A stretch of 64,000 bases of DNA from Patescibacteria group bacterium (GCA_026004395.1 BPJB01000001.1:161370-225369), one strand, 5' to 3'; positions 38,468-48,911 are shown, counted from the stretch's first letter. Program-made: numbers and translations. The notes: a model not told the origin generated them from the letters alone.

Positions 38468-40878
38468 CAGCGCAGGACGATTTTATAAAACTCTATGCAT
38501 TTTATAGATCTGCATTTATGCGTGCAGTTCGTCTCTTGATTTTTTTCATTCTTGGCACATATATTCTTTCTGCTTTTTCTACTAATACTTCTCCCAAATT
38601 TGCACTCTTTTTAATGAACATTTTTATCATGTTAGAGGTTTTTTATCATTTTAAGATATCCCGTTTACGACCATCTATGACAGTTCAACAAGCGGATGAT
38701 GATCATGCTCTTAAGGCATGTACTCTTGCTGTTCTCTATGCACTTTATACTGCACAATCTGCGGAGGAGTTAATCAGGCGACTTTTACGCTCAAAACAAG
38801 CAATCTTTTTACTAGAACGTATTCCTGTTAGTCCTGAAGAACTTCCTCATACTACAATTGAAGCTATTACACTCCTTAGATCTACTTTAAAGATTGCCAA
38901 GCTAGCAGGAGGAATCTATATTACTCCTGCTGATGTGATAGCAACATATCTTTTGTTGACTGAGGATCAATCAAAACTGCTCTTTTCCAAAAAAATCAAA
39001 CAAACTGAGCTGATAGAAATTTTGAGATGGGCAAGGTGGAGCTACCCCGAGGAGGAAAAGCACCATCCGCTGGAAATTCAAATTAGTGGTTCAGGAATTG
39101 GTGAAGGGCTTGTAGCAGGATGGACAATCGAGACAAAGAAGTACACTCGTGATTTTGGTATGAACGCAGTTAATGAAAATAACTCCATTATTGGAAGAGA
39201 GGAAGAGTTTCGTGCATTACAGGAAGCTCTCGTAAAAAATCAAAATAACAATGTTCTTCTTATAGGCGAGCAAGGTGCTGGAAAAGAAGGATTGGTACAG
39301 AAACTAGCTATTGATAGTTTTAATGGAAGAACAATTGCAGGTTTGAGGAATAAACGTATTCTTGAACTTCTTATTGGTCCATTAATTGCTGGTGTCTCAT
39401 CTTTAGGAGATCTAGAAGCGCGTCTTCAGGCAATTATTGAAGAAGTATCTCATGCTGGGAATATCATTCTTTATATACCTGAAGTGCAGGATATTCTCGG
39501 ATCGACATCTTTCTCTATGGATCTTTCTGGAGCTCTTTATCCTTATCTTAAAACTGGCAAACTTCCTGTCATTGCGTCTATCACTCCAGGTAATTTTAAG
39601 ACCTATCTTGAGGAAAAACCTCTTGCACGGCTTTTTACACCTATTTATCTTAATGAACCAAAAGAGGAACAAGCAAAACGTATATTGATGGAAAGATCAT
39701 TAGCAATTGAGCGAAAAACCAAAGTCATCATTACTTATTCAGCAATTATTGCTGCTGTAAAATTTGGTGATCGTTATGTACAGGAGATTAGACTGCCGGG
39801 TAGCGCAATTCGACTTCTTGAAGATGTTGTGCAAAGTGCAATGCAGCAGACAATGCCTGTATATTCTCTTACGCACCAAAAAATTCTTACAGAAGATTTC
39901 ATTGTTCAGAAGATTGAAGAGAGGATTGGTGTGTCTCTTTCTGAACCCACATCAGATGAAAGAAATCTTTTATTAAACTTAGAGAATAAACTTCATGAGC
40001 GGGTCATAGGTCAAGACGAGGCAATAAGAGTCATTGCGCAAGCTATTCGTAGACTTCGTTCTGGGATGATATCACGACCAAGACCCATATCATTTCTTTT
40101 CTTAGGACCAACTGGAGTGGGAAAAACAGAGACAGCAAAAGCGCTTGCCAGTATTTATTTTGGTGGTGAAAATTCTATGATTAGACTGGATATGAGTGAG
40201 TATTCCGATGAGATAGGAGAACGCAGGCTGCTTGGAGCTCCTCCAGGACAAGGAACAGAGCGTGGTGAGTTAACAGAACAAGTTCGAGATCATCCTTATT
40301 CTTTGATATTGTTGGATGAGTTTGAAAAAGCTCATCCTCGAATTTTGGATCTTTTTCTTCAAGTTTTGGATGATGGTCGTCTCACAGATAACAAAGGTAG
40401 AACAGTATCTTTTATAAATTCGCTGATTATTGCAACATCTAACGCAGGTTCTGAGTTTATTCGCGAAGAGGTCTTGAAAGGAACTCCATTAGATCAACAG
40501 TTTGAAGCAAAGCTTATTGAGTATTTACAAAATCATCATATTTTCAAACCTGAACTTCTCAATAGATTTGACGATATCATCACTTTTAGACCGCTTACCA
40601 AAGAGCAGATCAAAAAAATTTGTGCACTTATGCTTCAGCAGGTAGTGTCTGATTTGTTAGAAAAAGATATAGCTATAGTATGGGAAGATAAAGTTTTAGA
40701 TAAAATATCTTCAGAAGCATTTGATCCTCAGTTTGGAGCTCGTCCTATAAGAAGATATATTCAAAACAATATAGAAGATCTTCTTGCTCAAAAAATACTT
40801 GCAGGAGATGTGCAACGAGGGAATACTGTGCATATCACACTCAGAGACGATGATTCATTTGCAGTAACTGTTACCTAG
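38461..40878 (+). CDS. Membrane-anchored Clp/Hsp100 paralogue with degenerate NBD1
   Basis: Two N-terminal hydrophobic helices; NBD1 GEQGAGKE/LYIPE; intact NBD2 GPTGVGKT/LLDEFEK, GARPIRR. Confidence 0.88.
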   Translation: MVAAQDDFIKLYAFYRSAFMRAVRLLIFFILGTYILSAFSTNTSPKFALFLMNIFIMLEVFYHFKISRLRPSMTVQQADDDHALKACTLAVLYALYTAQSAEELIRRLLRSKQAIFLLERIPVSPEELPHTTIEAITLLRSTLKIAKLAGGIYITPADVIATYLLLTEDQSKLLFSKKIKQTELIEILRWARWSYPEEEKHHPLEIQISGSGIGEGLVAGWTIETKKYTRDFGMNAVNENNSIIGREEEFRALQEALVKNQNNNVLLIGEQGAGKEGLVQKLAIDSFNGRTIAGLRNKRILELLIGPLIAGVSSLGDLEARLQAIIEEVSHAGNIILYIPEVQDILGSTSFSMDLSGALYPYLKTGKLPVIASITPGNFKTYLEEKPLARLFTPIYLNEPKEEQAKRILMERSLAIERKTKVIITYSAIIAAVKFGDRYVQEIRLPGSAIRLLEDVVQSAMQQTMPVYSLTHQKILTEDFIVQKIEERIGVSLSEPTSDERNLLLNLENKLHERVIGQDEAIRVIAQAIRRLRSGMISRPRPISFLFLGPTGVGKTETAKALASIYFGGENSMIRLDMSEYSDEIGERRLLGAPPGQGTERGELTEQVRDHPYSLILLDEFEKAHPRILDLFLQVLDDGRLTDNKGRTVSFINSLIIATSNAGSEFIREEVLKGTPLDQQFEAKLIEYLQNHHIFKPELLNRFDDIITFRPLTKEQIKKICALMLQQVVSDLLEKDIAIVWEDKVLDKISSEAFDPQFGARPIRRYIQNNIEDLLAQKILAGDVQRGNTVHITLRDDDSFAVTVT

Positions 40879-40926
40879 TACCCATTTTTTAAAAAAAGAT
40901 TTAGAATGTAGTAAAGATACAATAAG

Positions 40927-41949
40927 ATGACTCAAAGACGCACGATCACAAAAAGGAAAAAATTAATAAGAAGGAGGAAACATCCATGGATGAAAATCCT
41001 ATCCTTTTTTCAAGGAGAGGGAGGAATCTTTGTCATTTTCATATTAGCATCTATAATGGCCGGAGCATTTGCGCTCACAGGTGGACTTACTCCAGTGCTT
41101 AATCCAGCTCCATCGTCTCAGGATCAAGTTATTATTGATGAGGACTCAGCAAAACGCAGTAATGAGAAATCTCTTCAACTAGTTGATATTAAGATTAAAC
41201 CAACAGATACTCCAACACCAACACCCTCGAGTACACCGACCCTAACACCCACACCGCAACAAGCGTGTTTGAATAAGACAGTTTTGACACTCATACTTGA
41301 TGTATCTACTTCAATGAATGCGAATAACAAGATGGGGCAGCTTAATGATGCCTTAAAAAATCTTATAAGTCAGTTAAACGATGAGACGGTGATAGGTGCT
41401 ATAGAATTTGCAGGCCTTGCTTCTTTTCCTAATACTAATGGTGCAAATACACTTCTTCCCTATACTCGGTATAAAGATAATAAATCTCTTATTCAGTCTC
41501 GATTAAGTAACTTACAAGTACATACAACTTCGCTCAACGATGGAACTTATTTTCGATCTGCCTTTACTAGAGCTATTAATAACATCAATGCTGTCAAGGG
41601 TATGTATGCAAGTCAAGGATATAATTTTGTAACAATTGTTTTTACTGATGGAGTACCAGAGACACAGTACACAGATCATGATTGTTTAGTTGAGATTAAC
41701 AATCCCTATATTTGTTTTTCCAATAAGCAAGATCCGCGTTATGATTTAACAGATAGACTCAAAAGTATATCTAATCGAGTGTATTCAATAGGTATTTATT
41801 CAGGACAAAGAGAAAGAGCTGTTTTAACACAAGCCAAACAATTACTTGCAGATATTGCATCAAAACCTTCGTACACAAAAAGTAGCGATAACCCTGCTGC
41901 AATAACTTCTCTTTTCCAAGATACTCTTTCTACTGTTTGTAATCAATAG
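40927..41949 (+). CDS. Membrane-anchored von Willebrand factor A domain protein
   Basis: Basic N-terminus, TM, PTPTP linker, MIDAS DVSTS...T...FTDG. Confidence 0.85.
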   Translation: MTQRRTITKRKKLIRRRKHPWMKILSFFQGEGGIFVIFILASIMAGAFALTGGLTPVLNPAPSSQDQVIIDEDSAKRSNEKSLQLVDIKIKPTDTPTPTPSSTPTLTPTPQQACLNKTVLTLILDVSTSMNANNKMGQLNDALKNLISQLNDETVIGAIEFAGLASFPNTNGANTLLPYTRYKDNKSLIQSRLSNLQVHTTSLNDGTYFRSAFTRAINNINAVKGMYASQGYNFVTIVFTDGVPETQYTDHDCLVEINNPYICFSNKQDPRYDLTDRLKSISNRVYSIGIYSGQRERAVLTQAKQLLADIASKPSYTKSSDNPAAITSLFQDTLSTVCNQ

Positions 41950-42072
41950 GTTTTGGTACTTTGGCCATTGCTTAAAAAAAATATAAGTAATCAAAAGAAA
42001 AATAGTTATCTTAAAAGTAAAAACCAGTACAGATTCTCGATTATGTATAATAAGTTAGTATATGATACATTG

Positions 42073-42475
42073 ATCCCTCATGTTTTGAGCAACCAATTGA
42101 CTAAAACAGTAGGAAATTAGCTCACAACAAAACTTGAGATAGTTTTAGCAAGAATTGCCAAATAGGAAGATGAAAGATTTTCTTCTCTCTTTACTGACCC
42201 CAATCGAAAGGATTATGCTAGCCAAAAGACTCGCAATTATTATTCTTTTAAAAGAAGGGCTTCCAGAGTGGCGTATTGCTGATGCTTTACACATGACGCG
42301 AATCACAGTATCCAGGATGCAACTTTTCCTGGAAGCAAGAGGCAAGGGTTATGAAATTGCTTTGCAAGTCCTGCAAAACGAAAAAGTTATGCAAGATATA
42401 AAAAATTTACTTCTGAAACTCGCAGGTTACGCTGTAAGAGCAGCTGGCGGACGAGTTAAGCCCTCTATTATCTGA
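42073..42475 (+). pseudogene. TrpR-like (YerC/YecD-type) HTH gene with an eroded 5' end; residual ORF from ATG 42170
   Basis: LLTPIERIMLAKRL...IADAL..TRITVSR; upstream frame ATC-PHVLSNQLTKTVGN*LTTKLEIVLARIAK*ED has 2 TAG stops and a frameshift. Confidence 0.6.
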
Positions 42476-42722
42476 CAATCTATGTTCTACTTTCTGTAGT
42501 ATAGGTTAATATATGATACAGAAGATTTGGACTAATAACTGCATAGGAGAGATTAGTCTTAGTGTAGAGAAAAGACAGCTGTAATAGAGTTTGATATTTG
42601 AAAAAATATTTCTCTAAATTATAAATTATTTAAGGATTGAAAAAAAACTTGTTGCCTCCCCCTCTGAATAACAATCCATTATCAGGTTGCTGAAGATTTC
42701 TTGATCTGATATACTTACATAT

Positions 42723-43853
42723 ATGCCAGCAATACAAAGAAGTGAATTCGCTCTTGCTCTTAATCAAGTCGCAGCTGAACGCGGCGTAGAGGTATCTGTT
42801 GTTCTTGAAACAGTACAAAACGCTATTCTTGCTGCATATCGTAAAGATCATCCTGGAATTGATATTACAGAATATAAAGCAGAGCTTAATCCTAATACTG
42901 GAGAAGCAAAAATTTTCCACAACGGAGAAGATGTAACACCTCCTGGATTTGGTAGAATTGCTGCGCAGACCGCAAAGCAAGTTATTCTTCAGAAAATTCG
43001 TGAGAAAGAAAAAGAAGCAATAATTGCAGACTATAAAGTAAAAATTGGCCAAGTTGTCAACGGTACTGTTCTGCGTTTTGCAGGTCCTAATATCATTATG
43101 GATATTGGCAAAGCAGAAGCTATAATGCCACCTCAAGAACAAATCCCCAATGAAAGGTATTATCAAAACCAGAGACTTGTTGTCTATTTAAAAGAGATCA
43201 GAGAGGGAACAAAAGGAGAAGAGATCATTGTTTCAAGAGCAGATAATGGACTTTTAGAAGGATTGCTTAGAAGAGAGGTCCCAGAAGTAGCACAAGGTAG
43301 TGTAGTGATTAAAGCAATAGTGCGCGAACCGGGTAATAGATCAAAAGTTGCTGTGTATTCAAGTCAAGCAGGTATTGATCCAGTGGGAAGTTGTGTTGGC
43401 CAAAAAGGAGTTAGGATTCAATCTATTATTCAAGAGCTGGGTGGTCTGGAGAAGATAGATATTATTCAGTGGCAGGAAGATGCTGCAGCATATATTGCAG
43501 CGGCTTTATCTCCAGCAAAAAATGTAAGAGTAGAGTTGAACAAAGAGGAGAAATTAGCACGTGTTTTTGTCCCTCAAGATGAGTTATCTCTTGCGATTGG
43601 TAAAGATGGTCAGAATGTGAGACTTGCTTCAAAACTGACTGATTATAGAATTGAGATTGTCGAGAATCAACATTCTATCAAGCAGGAAGAGATGGAAGAA
43701 GTTGATCAAGAGTTAAAAAAAGAAGAGACATCATCAGAAATAACTTCAGAATCTGCGACTGAGAGTGTATCGGAAAATCCAACATCTCCTGCAGCGGATA
43801 AGCAAGCAGGAGATTTGTCTATGGCAGGAGAGAACAATGAACAGACTGCTTAA
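42723..43853 (+). CDS. nusA: Transcription termination factor NusA
   Basis: FGRIAAQTAKQV, REPG.RSK, CVGQKG, AIGKDGQNVRLA. Confidence 0.97.
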   Translation: MPAIQRSEFALALNQVAAERGVEVSVVLETVQNAILAAYRKDHPGIDITEYKAELNPNTGEAKIFHNGEDVTPPGFGRIAAQTAKQVILQKIREKEKEAIIADYKVKIGQVVNGTVLRFAGPNIIMDIGKAEAIMPPQEQIPNERYYQNQRLVVYLKEIREGTKGEEIIVSRADNGLLEGLLRREVPEVAQGSVVIKAIVREPGNRSKVAVYSSQAGIDPVGSCVGQKGVRIQSIIQELGGLEKIDIIQWQEDAAAYIAAALSPAKNVRVELNKEEKLARVFVPQDELSLAIGKDGQNVRLASKLTDYRIEIVENQHSIKQEEMEEVDQELKKEETSSEITSESATESVSENPTSPAADKQAGDLSMAGENNEQTA

Positions 43854-43891
43854 CCTTGCATTGTTGAGATACAAAAGGAGTTTATACTTTT

Positions 43892-45343
43892 ATGACACAG
43901 AAAAGCATAAACACACCATATTTTCCTCCAGTTGTTGCCGTTTTAGGTCATGTTGATCACGGGAAAACTACTCTTCTTGATGCTATAAGAAAAACATCTA
44001 TTGCAGAGCGTGAATTAGGTGGAATTACTCAGAGAATTGGAGCCTCATCAGTTGAAATTATAAGTGATGGTACAAAAAGGAAAATAACATTTATAGATAC
44101 TCCTGGTCATGAGGCTTTTGCAAAAATGAGAAGCCGTGGTGCACAAGTTGCGGATATTGGTCTTCTTGTTGTATCAGCGGCCGATGGGGTTATGCCACAA
44201 ACTCGAGAGAGTATCGCTGTTCTTAAAGATGCAGGAATACCCTATATTGTAGTCCTCACAAAATCTGATCTTCCCACAGCAAATCCTCAGAAAGTAAAAC
44301 AACAACTTCTAGGAGAAAATGTTCTTCTTGAAGAGTTTGGTGGTGATATTCCTGCAATCAGTGTATCAGCAAAGACCAATTATAATATTAAAGAACTGCT
44401 TGATCTTGTTCTTTTGGTTTATGAGCTTCACTATCCAAATTTGCAAGATGCCGCATCAGCGCCCCTTACTGCAGTGGTTATTGAGTCTCGCCTTGATACA
44501 AAAGCAGGACCAAAAGCAACAGTGGTTATAAAGAAGGGAACAATAAAACTTCGAGATGAGCTTTATACAGAACATGGACTATTTCGAGTAAGAAGTATCC
44601 TCACAGATAGAGGAGAATTACTTCAGGAAGCGTCTGTTGGAGATGCGGTCGAGATACTTGGATTTACGAGTGTTCCCAGCGTGGGAAGTCTTATCACCAA
44701 AACTCCTCAGTCTCTTGTTGAGGTATCTCCCAAAGTTCCTCTTAAAAAAGAAGCTACCCTACCAATGCAAAAGAGAGAAGGAGAACTCCAGATTATTCTG
44801 GTTGCTGATACTCAGGGATCACTCGAAGCAATTACAAATGCATTACCAGAAAAAGTCAGATTAGTTTACCAAAAAACAGGTGAAATTACAGAAGCAGATG
44901 TCCTTATGGCAAAATCAACAGGAGCGTTAATTATCGGTTTTAATACCCGCATTCGTCATGATGTTGCGAAACTAGCACGTACAGAAAAGGTTCTCATGAA
45001 AAATTATTCAATTATTTATGAGTTGCTGGATGAGATTTCAGAAGTACTCGCTGGTAAAGAACTTGAGATGATGGAACAGATTTTTGGGACCGCACAAATA
45101 CTTGCCAAGTTTCCCTATGAAAAGACATATGCTTTAGGAATTCGTGTATTAGACGGTAGGGTAGCCAAAGGTGATAAGGCAAGGTTGGTAAGAGGAGAAG
45201 AAATTATTGGAGAAACTCAAATCACTTCTTTAAGGGTAGGAAAGAATCCAGTATCTAAAGTAGAGAAGGGTCATGAAGCAGGGATCCTTATCTCACCATT
45301 ACTTGACTTCCAGGTTGGTGATGTGGTAATATGCCATGAATAA
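43892..45343 (+). CDS. infB: Translation initiation factor IF-2 (no N-terminal domain)
   Basis: GHVDHGKTTLLD, GGITQ, DTPGHEAF, IIGFN, IIYEL. Confidence 0.95.
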   Translation: MTQKSINTPYFPPVVAVLGHVDHGKTTLLDAIRKTSIAERELGGITQRIGASSVEIISDGTKRKITFIDTPGHEAFAKMRSRGAQVADIGLLVVSAADGVMPQTRESIAVLKDAGIPYIVVLTKSDLPTANPQKVKQQLLGENVLLEEFGGDIPAISVSAKTNYNIKELLDLVLLVYELHYPNLQDAASAPLTAVVIESRLDTKAGPKATVVIKKGTIKLRDELYTEHGLFRVRSILTDRGELLQEASVGDAVEILGFTSVPSVGSLITKTPQSLVEVSPKVPLKKEATLPMQKREGELQIILVADTQGSLEAITNALPEKVRLVYQKTGEITEADVLMAKSTGALIIGFNTRIRHDVAKLARTEKVLMKNYSIIYELLDEISEVLAGKELEMMEQIFGTAQILAKFPYEKTYALGIRVLDGRVAKGDKARLVRGEEIIGETQITSLRVGKNPVSKVEKGHEAGILISPLLDFQVGDVVICHE

Positions 45344-45355
45344 TATAGGATACTT

Positions 45356-46309
45356 ATGGATGCTCAATCAATTCAACGAATCAGAGATATTATTTCTCGC
45401 AGCCAATCGATATCAATTATGGTAGGAGAAAATCCGACTGTAGATCAGATGGCTGCAGCCTTATCTTTATATCTCACTCTTTCTACAGGTAAAAAAGTCT
45501 CCGTTTTTTCTCTCTCAACTCCACTGGTTGAACACTCATCACTAGTTGGTATTGATAAAGTAGGGACATCTCCTGAAGGAACAGGAGGAGATTTGGTTGT
45601 TTCTTTTCCCTACAAAGAGGGAGAGATTGAAAAGGTATCCTACACTATCGAGAATGGTTATCTTAATATTATTGTGAAAGGTGGAGAAGGGGGATTAACG
45701 TTTGATGAGCACGATGTACTTTTCAAAAGGGGAACAGGCAAAGTTGATCTTTTAATTACTGTTGGAGTAGAGAGTATGCGATTGGTGAAGAATCTATTCA
45801 GTGAGGATGCTCTTAAAGAAGCAACTGTGATTAATATTGATAACACAAATGAAAATTCAGGATATGGAGATGTTGTTTTGGTTTCCAATAAATTTTCATC
45901 GCTTTCTGAACAGGTAGCAGATCTTCTTTTGAATCTTGGATTAGATATAGATATTGATACTGCGCAAAATCTTTTATTAGGTATTACAGAGGCTACAAAT
46001 AATTTCCAGTCGCCTCAAACGAGTTATCTTGCCTTTGAAATTGCTGCCATTCTTCTTAAAAGAGGAGCTGTACGGCCTCAAATAGAGATGACAAAAAGAC
46101 AAGACCTAAAAAAAGAAGAAAGATTAGATATCGTGCGACAAAGTATAGGCAAGGTTCAAGAATCGGCACAAAAGCAGTCTCCATTGCCGCGCAGTGAACA
46201 ACAGACTAGACAAGATCAGAAAATGCGATCAGATAGACAATCATCTGAGCAAAAGCCACCTTCTGATTGGCTGACTCCTAAAGTTTACAAAGGTTCAACG
46301 AATATTTAA
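45356..46309 (+). CDS. DHH/NrnA-like protein with degenerate catalytic motifs
   Basis: Position after infB; NPTVD, INIDN (vs NIDHH), SSLSE, GI..ATNNF. Confidence 0.6.
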   Translation: MDAQSIQRIRDIISRSQSISIMVGENPTVDQMAAALSLYLTLSTGKKVSVFSLSTPLVEHSSLVGIDKVGTSPEGTGGDLVVSFPYKEGEIEKVSYTIENGYLNIIVKGGEGGLTFDEHDVLFKRGTGKVDLLITVGVESMRLVKNLFSEDALKEATVINIDNTNENSGYGDVVLVSNKFSSLSEQVADLLLNLGLDIDIDTAQNLLLGITEATNNFQSPQTSYLAFEIAAILLKRGAVRPQIEMTKRQDLKKEERLDIVRQSIGKVQESAQKQSPLPRSEQQTRQDQKMRSDRQSSEQKPPSDWLTPKVYKGSTNI

Positions 46310-46355
46310 GTTATTTTCTTGCGGTAAGTAAGAAAAATTGGTATAATGTTTTTCT

Positions 46356-46625
46356 ATGCCACTTTCATCTACACAAAAACAAGATATTATCAAACAGTAT
46401 CAAACAGCTGAGGGAGATACAGGAAGTCCTGAGGTGCAGATAGCATTGCTTACGAAGAGAATAGAGAGACTTGCAGAACACCTCAAAGATCACGTTCATG
46501 ATGTTCACAGCCGTCGTGGTCTTCTCTCTATGATTGCTAAACGAAGACGACTTATTAACTTTCTTGCAAAGGTTGATAAGAATCGTGCATCAGCTATTTT
46601 AAAAAAGATTGGATTAGAAAAATAA
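46356..46625 (+). CDS. rpsO: 30S ribosomal protein S15
   Basis: DTGSPEVQIALLT, HD.HSRRGLL. Confidence 0.98.
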   Translation: MPLSSTQKQDIIKQYQTAEGDTGSPEVQIALLTKRIERLAEHLKDHVHDVHSRRGLLSMIAKRRRLINFLAKVDKNRASAILKKIGLEK

Positions 46626-48911
46626 ATGGAAAAAACCTCTGTTTCTTTAGATTTTGCAGGAAAAACACTCACATTAGAGACTGGTCATCTAGCCCCGCAA
46701 GCAACCACATCAATACTAGCTCGTCTCGGTGATACAATGGTGCTTGTGACTGTGGTCTTGGGAGCAGAACGTGAGGATCTTGGATATTTTCCGCTCTCTG
46801 TTGAGTATGTAGAGAGACTTTATGCTGGAGGTAGAATTAAAGGTAGCCGTTGGGTTAAACGGGAAGGACGACCTTCAGATGAGTCTATATTAATTGGTAG
46901 ACTTATTGATCGTTCAATTAGACCCTTATTTCCCAAAGATCTAAAGCGCGAAATTCAAGTAGTTGTAACTGTACTTTCAGTTGATGGAGAAAACGAGCCA
47001 GATATTCTCGCAATTAATGCTGTATCTGCAGCTTTGGCTATCTCTAATATTCCATGGAACGGCCCCATAGGAGCGATTCGTATGGGCTACATCCAAGATC
47101 CAGAGAACGGAAAGAAAGAATTTCTCCTCAATCCGACAACAACAGAAGCAGAGTTCTCAGATTTAGATCTCGTGGTGTCTCAATCAAATGATCTTACTGT
47201 AATGATTGAGGCAGGCGCAAATCAAGTTCGGGAAGATGTTTTGCTAGAAGCTATCGAACGTGCACAGAATGAGACTCGAAAAGTAATTGCTTTTATCAAT
47301 GATTTGGCAAAAAAGGTAGGAAAACCAAAACTTGAAGTCCCAGTTGATAAAGAGCTCAAAGAACTTTCAGCTATTATCGAAAAATCGTATAAGGAAGAAA
47401 TTAAAAATTTGGTAACGAAACTTGCAAACAAAGAAACTGGAGGAACAGAAACAGAAGATTTAGTTGCAAAAATTTATGAACACGAAAGAATGGTAGATCC
47501 TAATCGTGAACTTGATACTACTCTTATTGCTAAGGCTTTGGAAGCGGTTTTATTTAAACAAATTAGACACGATGTTGTTTCCCAGCAAAAACGTCCTGAT
47601 GGAAGAAAAATTGATGAAATTCGACCCATCAACATAGCTGTTGGTATTCTACCTCGAACACATGGATCAGCACTTTTTCAAAGAGGGCTTACACAAGTTT
47701 TGACTGTCGTGACTCTTGGTTCTCCTCGTTTGGAACAATTTATTGAATCTGCAGAAGGAGAAGAGACTAAACGTTATATTCATCATTATTCCATGCCACC
47801 CTATTCAGTTGGAGAAGTGGGTAGAATGGGTACTCCCTCCAGACGAGAAATTGGACACGGTGCATTAGCAGAGCGTGCTTTGGAGGCTGTAATTCCTTCT
47901 CAAGATAAGTTTCCCTATACAATCCGTGTTGTATCTGAAGTTCTTTCATCTAATGGTTCGACTTCTATGGCGGCAACTTGTGGATCGACCCTTGCTTTAA
48001 TGGATGCGGGAGTGCCTATTGTAAAACCTGTTGCAGGTATCTCAATTGGTCGTATGTCTGAGGAGGATAAATCTGTTCTTTTGACGGATATTATTGGCCT
48101 TGAGGATTTTTCTGGAGATATGGATTTTAAAGTAGCAGGAACAGATGAGGGAATAACTGCAATTCAGCTCGATGTAAAGATACCGGGGTTAATTTTATCC
48201 GAGATCAAAGAGATCTTGGAGAGAGCGCGGATAGCACGACTGGCAATACTAGAGAAAATGCTTGCTACTATTCCCACCTCTCGTGCTGAGGTGTCAGTAT
48301 ACGCACCAAAGATTGAACAACTGCAGATTCCTATAGATAAGATTGGCGAACTTATCGGTCCGGGAGGACGAGTAATCAGAAATATTATTGCTCAAACAGG
48401 AACTACAGTTGATGTTGAAGATGATGGAACAGTCACTATCTCCGGTACAGAAGAAGAAGCAGTAAAAAGAGCTGTAGAGTGGATAAGAGGGTTGACACGA
48501 GAAGTTGTTCCAGGTGAGATTTTTGAAGGACCGGTTAAAAGAATTCTGCCTTTTGGAGCATTTGTTGAAATTTTGCCGGGAAAAGAAGGAATGGTTCATG
48601 TTTCAAAGATGGGTAAAGGGTATATCCAAAGTCCGGAAGAGGTACTTTCAGTTGGTCAAATTGTCAAAGTAAAGGTTAGCGAAATTGACGAGCAAGGGAG
48701 GATTAATCTTACCATGCAACTTGAAGAGCGACCTCGTGATTTTGAAGTAGGAAAAGCGGAAACTCGTGGACAAAAAAGTGAAAGAGGTGGATTTTCTCCT
48801 CGTTCTGAAAGACAGCGAAGTAAGCATCCACTTGCACAACAGTTTGAGCGGGAAAGGATGCTGCACGAGCTCTCTGGAAGACAAAAAACTCGCCGCAAAA
48901 CGCATTATTAA
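46626..48911 (+). CDS. pnp: Polyribonucleotide nucleotidyltransferase
   Basis: RLIDRSIRPLFP, RTHGSALF, SNGSTSMA, GDMDFKVAG, KH and S1 domains. Confidence 0.98.
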   Translation: MEKTSVSLDFAGKTLTLETGHLAPQATTSILARLGDTMVLVTVVLGAEREDLGYFPLSVEYVERLYAGGRIKGSRWVKREGRPSDESILIGRLIDRSIRPLFPKDLKREIQVVVTVLSVDGENEPDILAINAVSAALAISNIPWNGPIGAIRMGYIQDPENGKKEFLLNPTTTEAEFSDLDLVVSQSNDLTVMIEAGANQVREDVLLEAIERAQNETRKVIAFINDLAKKVGKPKLEVPVDKELKELSAIIEKSYKEEIKNLVTKLANKETGGTETEDLVAKIYEHERMVDPNRELDTTLIAKALEAVLFKQIRHDVVSQQKRPDGRKIDEIRPINIAVGILPRTHGSALFQRGLTQVLTVVTLGSPRLEQFIESAEGEETKRYIHHYSMPPYSVGEVGRMGTPSRREIGHGALAERALEAVIPSQDKFPYTIRVVSEVLSSNGSTSMAATCGSTLALMDAGVPIVKPVAGISIGRMSEEDKSVLLTDIIGLEDFSGDMDFKVAGTDEGITAIQLDVKIPGLILSEIKEILERARIARLAILEKMLATIPTSRAEVSVYAPKIEQLQIPIDKIGELIGPGGRVIRNIIAQTGTTVDVEDDGTVTISGTEEEAVKRAVEWIRGLTREVVPGEIFEGPVKRILPFGAFVEILPGKEGMVHVSKMGKGYIQSPEEVLSVGQIVKVKVSEIDEQGRINLTMQLEERPRDFEVGKAETRGQKSERGGFSPRSERQRSKHPLAQQFERERMLHELSGRQKTRRKTHY

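Noticed and set aside
35291-40878. Calling the Clp pair ClpV of a type VI secretion system
   Set aside because: No sheath, Hcp, VgrG or membrane-complex genes are present
42118-42165. TAG read-through or recoding in the TrpR-like gene
   Set aside because: TAG ends clear genes elsewhere (e.g. rnj), and a frameshift and lost start accompany the stops
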